From the NCBI GenBank assembly GCA_965230415.1, contig CBDDKZ010000005.1:2415060-2479059 (forward strand): a DNA stretch of 64,000 bases, read 5' to 3'. How positions within the stretch are numbered: the stretch's first letter is position 1; each line of letters opens with the position of its first letter. The notes under the pieces are model-generated. The model worked only from the letters and a program-made list of their open reading frames with translations, did not search any database and was not told where the DNA came from. The DNA is from Cytophagales bacterium. GTDB taxonomy: Bacteria > Bacteroidota > Bacteroidia > Cytophagales > JAAEPT01. Shown here one piece after another: positions 58,616 to 64,000 of the stretch. Both the position numbers and the translations under genes were made by a program.

Positions 58616-59139
58616 CCTGTAAGGTAAGCAATTAGTTTTAGGATTCTTTTGGCCTTCGTTTCATCTCTTTTCGCAGCATCTATTGACCGGATGAATTCGT
58701 TTTTGGCTGAGGATGGTAAATTTTCAAATTTTTCGAGTGTATCCTGATTAACATCAGCCAGACATTCTTTGATGTATTTTGGTGTTTTCAGTGTGGTGTA
58801 ATCATCATATAATACAATAGATACGGTGTCACCAGCCTCTTTTAGTATGCTTTTCCTTATAGCACTCTTAACGGGTAAAAATAAGTGGCCGTTTCCCATA
58901 GGCATAAGCTTATATTGTTTGAGCGAATAGGAGTCAATGTTTCCCATCACCTGTCTCCAACCGAATGGATTATTGTTATCTGAAGTAACTCCTGGTAGTT
59001 GAGCGTACGTCCAGCCTCCTTTGCCCGGGAATTTCTCCAGCAAAAATTCTCCTTTAATTATGGGTTCTGTTTGTGATTTCATCCGATGCAAGATAAAAAA
59101 TATCTGAGAAGTGCAACCTGTACATTTTTTCTTTGTCAT
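58612..59139 (-). CDS. DUF1905 / YdeI-OmpD-associated family protein
   Basis: 175 aa with a pattern like that family. It is convergent with rlmN and overlaps it by 4 nt. Confidence 0.5.
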   Translation of the reverse strand: MTKKKCTGCTSQIFFILHRMKSQTEPIIKGEFLLEKFPGKGGWTYAQLPGVTSDNNNPFGWRQVMGNIDSYSLKQYKLMPMGNGHLFLPVKSAIRKSILKEAGDTVSIVLYDDYTTLKTPKYIKECLADVNQDTLEKFENLPSSAKNEFIRSIDAAKRDETKAKRILKLIAYLTG

Positions 59140-59876
59140 TGAAGAAAAAACACCATAAGATCATGAAAAAATTAGTATTATTAACAACACTTCCGGCAGC
59201 ACTTTTTTTCAGCTCATGTGAGAAAGACCGTTCGTGCGAAAAAGGAGATGGCCCTATTGAAACAGCCGAATTGAACATAGCTGATTTTCATTCCTTTTCT
59301 TTAGAATTACCAGCAACAGTCTTTTTGACCCAGGGTAGTGAGCAGAGGGTGCTTGTTGAAGCACAGTCTAATGTTATAAACGACCTCGAAGTAGATGTTC
59401 GTAACGGTCACTGGGAAATTGAGCTCGACGAATGTTACAGAAAGTACAAAGACGTTGTTTTCTATATCACCATTCCCGAAATAGAAAAAATAGGCGTGGC
59501 TGGAAGCGGAGAGGTGATAGGTGAAAATACCATTTCAGAAGACAATGTTGAATTAAGCATTGCCGGAAGTGGTGATATTGATTTGTCACTACACGTTGAA
59601 AGACTTGAAACCAAAATTTCAGGTTCCGGGGATATGAAGCTGGAAGGCAGCACCGATTTTCATGAAGCAGCAATATCCGGGTCTGGCGACATAAGTGCCT
59701 ATGATTTGGAAAGTGAAGTTACTGACGCTAGTATCGCAGGCTCCGGTAGCTGTCGAGTTCATGTTAATGATGCTTTGGATGTGACAATTTCTGGTAGTGG
59801 TGATGTCTATTACAAAGGAGATCCTTCTGTGAATTCCGTTATTTCCGGTAGCGGCGACATACACAAAATAGATTAA
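59133..59876 (+). CDS. Putative adhesin, head GIN domain (DUF2807/DUF4097) lipoprotein
   Basis: 247 aa with lipobox FFSSC and repeated beta-solenoid rungs (GSGDIDL, SGSGDMKLEG, ISGSGDISAY, IAGSGSCRVHV, ISGSGDVYYKG, ISGSGDIHKID). Confidence 0.65.
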   Translation: MSLKKKHHKIMKKLVLLTTLPAALFFSSCEKDRSCEKGDGPIETAELNIADFHSFSLELPATVFLTQGSEQRVLVEAQSNVINDLEVDVRNGHWEIELDECYRKYKDVVFYITIPEIEKIGVAGSGEVIGENTISEDNVELSIAGSGDIDLSLHVERLETKISGSGDMKLEGSTDFHEAAISGSGDISAYDLESEVTDASIAGSGSCRVHVNDALDVTISGSGDVYYKGDPSVNSVISGSGDIHKID

Positions 59877-60037
59877 GTTTCGGTTATACAATAATTCCCA
59901 TGAGTAAAATAAAGAGTCTGCTCTTCCCTTTGTGACATATTTGTTAACAAAGTCAAATAAACGTAATCACCAGTAAAAAGTACTTGTTTGGCAGTAAGGG
60001 GATTACATGGTGTGAACAGAGTGGAAGAGTAGCTCTT

Positions 60038-61558
60038 TTATAGGTAGGCGCCTTTTTCTACCTCCGGAAAAATTTCCGACATTTGCATAGACCTGTTATT
60101 TTCACCCGACCACTGATAGATAGCGTCACGTCCCAGCTGATCAAAGTCGGTTAAGCCCATTGCAGCAACTATTTCTACCGCAGATTTAATGGTGTTTTTG
60201 TGATAATTATATACTCGTGAAGATTTGTGCTCTACATGCAGCCCCTTTGCCAGATGCCTGTTTTGTGTGGCTATGCCCGTCGGGCAGCTATTGTTATGAC
60301 AGCGCAGTGATTGAATACATCCAATAGCGAACATCATCGCTCGGGCAGCGTTACAAAGGTCGGCACCAACAGCGATGGCACGTACAATATCAAAACCGGA
60401 AACTACCTTTCCGCTATAAACAACTTTTATCTGGCCCCTTATATTAAACCCATTTAAAACATCGTGTACATAAGCTATAGCCTCGTGGCCAGGCATGCCA
60501 ATATGGTTAGAAAACTCAAGAGGAGCCGCCCCTGTTCCTCCCTCCGATCCGTCTATGCAGATGAAATCAGGGCATATTCCTTGTATTGACATTTGTTTGC
60601 TCATGTCGTAAAACTCTTTCTTGCTTCCTATGCACATTTTTATACCAACGGGCTTGCCTCCACTCAATTCCCTAAGTGTTTGTATGAAATGTAATAGCTC
60701 TTCGGAATTTTTAAATGCCGAGTGGTAGGGAGGTGAGTGTATTGTTGTGTGAGGTTCTATACCTCTTACTTCCGCTATTTTGGGTGTGTTTTTGATAGCT
60801 GGCAGTATTCCCCCGTGTCCTGGCTTTGCTCCCTGCGAGAGTTTTATTTCTATCATCTTAACAGCTTCTGCGCTGGCTTTTTCAGCAAAGGTATCAGCGT
60901 CAAACTGACCGTCGCTGGTTCTGCAACCAAAATAGCCGGTTCCGATCTGCCAGATTATATCGCCGCCGTGTTTCAGGTGGTATTTGGAAATAGCTCCCTC
61001 CCCGGTATTATGAGAAAAATGTCCTAAGGCAGCTCCTTTATTTAAGGCCATAATGGCATTTGAACTTAGAGAACCATAACTCATACCAGAAATATTTAAT
61101 AGAGAGGAACTATAAGGTTTTTGGCAAGAATCACTTCCAATTAATACTCTTGGGCTAATTTTTGAGGCTATAGTAGGGAATTGAGAATGAGAAACCCATT
61201 CATGCCCGTCTTTATAAATGTCCATTTCCGTGCCGAAAGGATGATTTTCATTTTTCAGATTTGCCCGTGAGTTGATGAGGTCTATCTCGTTTTTATTGAA
61301 GGGCTTGCCATCGGTGTTATCTTCCACAAAGTACTGATGTATTTCAGGAGCAATTTCTTTCATTATATACCGAAAATGTCCCACAAGAGGATAGTTTCTC
61401 AGAATACTGTTTTTGACTTGAAGCATGTCGTAAAGCCCCAGGAAGCCAAATACTCCGAGTATTCCCAGAAACCAGTAAAAGGCATATTGATAAGTATTGT
61501 GAAAAAGCGCACCCAGTGTTAACAGGCTTACTATGATGAGAATAATGTTTCGTCGCAT
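60038..61558 (-). CDS. FMN-binding glutamate synthase (GltS domain 2)-family protein, membrane-anchored
   Basis: 506 aa with N-terminal TM helices followed by a GltB FMN/Fe-S-domain-like core (GAALGHFSHNTGEG, ICIDGSEGGTGAAP). Confidence 0.8.
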   Translation of the reverse strand: MRRNIILIIVSLLTLGALFHNTYQYAFYWFLGILGVFGFLGLYDMLQVKNSILRNYPLVGHFRYIMKEIAPEIHQYFVEDNTDGKPFNKNEIDLINSRANLKNENHPFGTEMDIYKDGHEWVSHSQFPTIASKISPRVLIGSDSCQKPYSSSLLNISGMSYGSLSSNAIMALNKGAALGHFSHNTGEGAISKYHLKHGGDIIWQIGTGYFGCRTSDGQFDADTFAEKASAEAVKMIEIKLSQGAKPGHGGILPAIKNTPKIAEVRGIEPHTTIHSPPYHSAFKNSEELLHFIQTLRELSGGKPVGIKMCIGSKKEFYDMSKQMSIQGICPDFICIDGSEGGTGAAPLEFSNHIGMPGHEAIAYVHDVLNGFNIRGQIKVVYSGKVVSGFDIVRAIAVGADLCNAARAMMFAIGCIQSLRCHNNSCPTGIATQNRHLAKGLHVEHKSSRVYNYHKNTIKSAVEIVAAMGLTDFDQLGRDAIYQWSGENNRSMQMSEIFPEVEKGAYL

Positions 61559-61639
61559 TCCGATTACTTTTCGATAAAAAAGATTTCTCTTTTAAATTAA
61601 TCAAAAAAGGAAGCGCAACGAACTTATCTATAAAATATA

Positions 61640-62638
61640 TTACAGTTTCATGATTTTGAGTAGACCGCCAATGAAACGTTGATAATATACAGCCAGGAAA
61701 TAGATCAGCACAAGTGCGATGAAAGCAGTAATATAAGATGGTATGCCGGGTAAAAGAGTCAACCCGATCTCAAAAACCAGTGTGTGCAACAGATATACCG
61801 AAAAAGAAATTTTCCCGGTAAACAAAAAGAAGTTATTTATGGGTTTTAGATTAAGTTGATAGATCCAAATGGCCAGGCACGAATAACCGATTAATGCAGG
61901 GATGTCATTAACAACCTTACCCACATCTTTACCAATAAAAGCAAAAGCGGCATAGATTACGCAGTTTACAAGACCAATAATTAAAATATAGATAGATTTA
62001 ATGGGGATGGTCGCATCGCCATTCTTTTTGAATATGATTTTAGCAATTATCATTCCCAGAACAAATTCCCAGAGGTATTGTATAAAACAGCTATTCCATA
62101 CACGTAATAGCTCTTTGTTCATTGCAATAACCACAAAAGCCCAGCTTAAAGAAATTATTACTGACAGTATCAATGCAAGCCTGTCTCCCAGTTTTTCCAG
62201 ACAAAAGGCAAGGACAAGAAATACAAAATAAAATTGGAGAATCATTGAAATAAACCATAAAGGGTATCCATAGGATCCAATGATAGATTCATCGAACATT
62301 TTGTAAAGAAACAAATGTCCTCCGAGTGCATACAAGGATTGATCAAAAAGTGGGAGCATAAAAGATAGGAGAGCAGAAATAAGCACTATAATAATATAGG
62401 GAACATATATTTTGGCAACTCGCTTTTTAATAAAAGGCAGAAAGGTCAACGCTTTTTTCTGATGTGATAAATAGAGGCCAAGACCAGATAAAAGCACAAA
62501 AAGATGAACCCCCGTTCCTCCAAAGCTAATTAAATGATTGAATGGATATGGTAATCCAATAACCTGTAGGAAGTGAAAGATAATTATCGTAAAAATCGCG
62601 TAACCCTTTAGAAATTCAATAATTTCAAGACGATTCAT
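61640..62638 (-). CDS. Acyltransferase family 3 (integral membrane O-acyltransferase)
   Basis: 332 aa with about ten TM helices and the family-typical N-terminus MNRLEIIEFLKGYAIFTIIIFHF. Confidence 0.75.
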   Translation of the reverse strand: MNRLEIIEFLKGYAIFTIIIFHFLQVIGLPYPFNHLISFGGTGVHLFVLLSGLGLYLSHQKKALTFLPFIKKRVAKIYVPYIIIVLISALLSFMLPLFDQSLYALGGHLFLYKMFDESIIGSYGYPLWFISMILQFYFVFLVLAFCLEKLGDRLALILSVIISLSWAFVVIAMNKELLRVWNSCFIQYLWEFVLGMIIAKIIFKKNGDATIPIKSIYILIIGLVNCVIYAAFAFIGKDVGKVVNDIPALIGYSCLAIWIYQLNLKPINNFFLFTGKISFSVYLLHTLVFEIGLTLLPGIPSYITAFIALVLIYFLAVYYQRFIGGLLKIMKL

Positions 62639-62902
62639 AATAAAGGTTTAAGCAGCTATTAAGCTTTATTCAAAAAGGGGTTTTACCAGTGAACTGACCA
62701 TAGTCAGAAATTCAAGGCAATATAAGTTCATTTTAAATGTTGGCCAAATCACGTATGTGTTTTTTGCGTCTATTGTTTTACGTAAAAAATGGAGTTGAAG
62801 GCGTTTTTTATATCCAATTGTTTTAAAAAATCTATTCACTAAATTTGTGATGTTTGTCGTATTTTGATCAAATAGTTTCTGGAACCCAAAAAGTTATTCC
62901 CC

Positions 62903-64000
62903 ATGAATAAGATTATGCTCTTTGTTTGCTTGGCACTAGGTGTATCTGTGTCAGGCGTTTCACAAAATTTTAAGGTCCTCGTTTTTTCTAAGACTACCGG
63001 TTGGAGGCACAACTCAATACCGGCAGGTATAAGTATGGTTCAGCAGTTGGGTAATGAAAACAATTTTGAAGTACATCTTACCGAAGACGCAAATCAATTT
63101 AATACCAGTAACCTGGCTCAATATGCCGTAGTTATATTTTTAAGTACTACCGGCGATATTCTTGATAATAACCAGCAAGCCGCGTTTGAGTTATACATTC
63201 AGAATGGCGGAGGGTTTGTTGGTATTCATTCGGCTTCCGATACCGAATATGATTGGCCCTGGTATGAGGATTTGGTAGGGGCTTATTTCCTTGACCACCC
63301 CAGTGGAACATGGAATGCAGATATTATGGTGTCAGATCACATCCATCCATCTACAGCAAATTTACCTTCTATATGGAATAGAACAGATGAGTGGTATAAC
63401 TTTCGTACAAATCCAAGGAGCGATGTACATGTCCTGGCAACTTTAGAAGAGCGCGACTATACAGGAGGTACATTAGGGTGGGATCACCCGATAATCTGGT
63501 GTCATGAATACGATGGTGGTCGTGCCTGGTACACCGCCGGAGGGCATACCAATGAGGCTTTTTCCGAACCATTATTTCGCGCACATGTATTGGGAGGGAT
63601 TCATTACGCGGCAGGCCTGGTTGAGGGTGATTTTGATGCTACTGTCGATGCTAACTTTATCGTCGATGAGATGGCTGCCAACTTAAAGCAACCAAGAGCA
63701 TTGGCAATCTTGCCAAATTTAGACGTAGTCCTCGCCGAAAAAGAAGGGGAGATTTTATTAATTGATGCGCAAACGCACCAAAAACAATTGCTTGGTTGCC
63801 TGGATGTTTATTCTCAGGATCAATTCGGTCTTTTGGGGCTGGCCATACATCCTGATTTCGAAAATAATAACCTTGCATACTTATGTTACTCACCAGCGGG
63901 TGACAATGAAATAATCAGAGTATCTGAATTTAATCTACAGCACAACTATATTGATTTAAAAAACGAGCATGTCTTGTTGGAAATACCATTTGACAGATCA
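62903..64000 (+). CDS. ThuA-like class-I glutamine-amidotransferase-fold domain fused to a PQQ-dependent soluble sugar (glucose/sorbosone) dehydrogenase beta-propeller (3' partial)
   Basis: The frame is open from ATG 62903 to the window end. After a signal peptide come ThuA motifs (VLVFSKTTGWRH, GGGFVGIHSASD, WCHEYDGGRAWYTAGGH), then an sGDH-like LGLAIHPDF. Confidence 0.6.
   Translation, partial: MNKIMLFVCLALGVSVSGVSQNFKVLVFSKTTGWRHNSIPAGISMVQQLGNENNFEVHLTEDANQFNTSNLAQYAVVIFLSTTGDILDNNQQAAFELYIQNGGGFVGIHSASDTEYDWPWYEDLVGAYFLDHPSGTWNADIMVSDHIHPSTANLPSIWNRTDEWYNFRTNPRSDVHVLATLEERDYTGGTLGWDHPIIWCHEYDGGRAWYTAGGHTNEAFSEPLFRAHVLGGIHYAAGLVEGDFDATVDANFIVDEMAANLKQPRALAILPNLDVVLAEKEGEILLIDAQTHQKQLLGCLDVYSQDQFGLLGLAIHPDFENNNLAYLCYSPAGDNEIIRVSEFNLQHNYIDLKNEHVLLEIPFDRS

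Noticed and set aside
59940-59951. 12-bp perfect palindrome TTTGTTAACAAA between the convergent genes 59133..59876 and 60038..61558
   Set aside because: It is short, AT-rich and contains the HpaI-like GTTAAC core. It lies in a terminator-less convergent gap, and chance occurrence in AT-rich DNA is plausible. There is no supporting context.

Overview
This 64-kb window looks like chromosomal DNA from a Bacteroidota genome. The evidence is an AT-rich, gene-dense sequence, many lipoproteins, a cargo protein with a Por/T9SS-type C-terminal sorting domain, and a Bacteroidetes-style -33/-7 promoter. Most of the window is core housekeeping. The recognisable housekeeping genes are the rimP(partial)-nusA-infB operon, asd, scpB, rluB, tRNA-Phe(GAA), carB, tadA, lpdA, rlmN, a PhoH/PIN ATPase, DPP-IV and a kynurenine-pathway operon (HAAO-kynureninase-KMO).

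I found no integrase, transposase or CRISPR array.

The most interesting region is a co-directional cluster on the + strand at about 28.8-40.4 kb. It encodes a YbjN-like protein, PspA/IM30, an NfeD/YqiJ-like membrane protein, a flotillin (SPFH/YqiK-like) with an Ala/Glu-rich tandem-repeat coiled coil, a small two-TM membrane protein, a 1841-aa cytoplasmic giant with an embedded MoxR/AAA_5-like P-loop ATPase module, and YicC. A divergent XRE-HTH/S24-peptidase regulator sits immediately upstream. I read this as a candidate membrane-stress, membrane-remodelling or defence module that has not been described.

Secondary findings worth a second look are listed here.
- A T9SS cargo protein with five Cys/Asp-rich metal-binding-motif repeats bracketed by a duplicated domain.
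- Two tandem paralogous lipoproteins next to that cargo gene.
- A frameshift-split paralogue of a neighbouring lipoprotein.
- An MBOAT plus two SGNH-like proteins plus a 46-aa micro-ORF, which looks like a glycan O-acetylation operon.
- A stand-alone pseudo-receiver domain whose phospho-acceptor Asp appears to be replaced.
- A split HdrD/DsrMK-like Fe-S pair.
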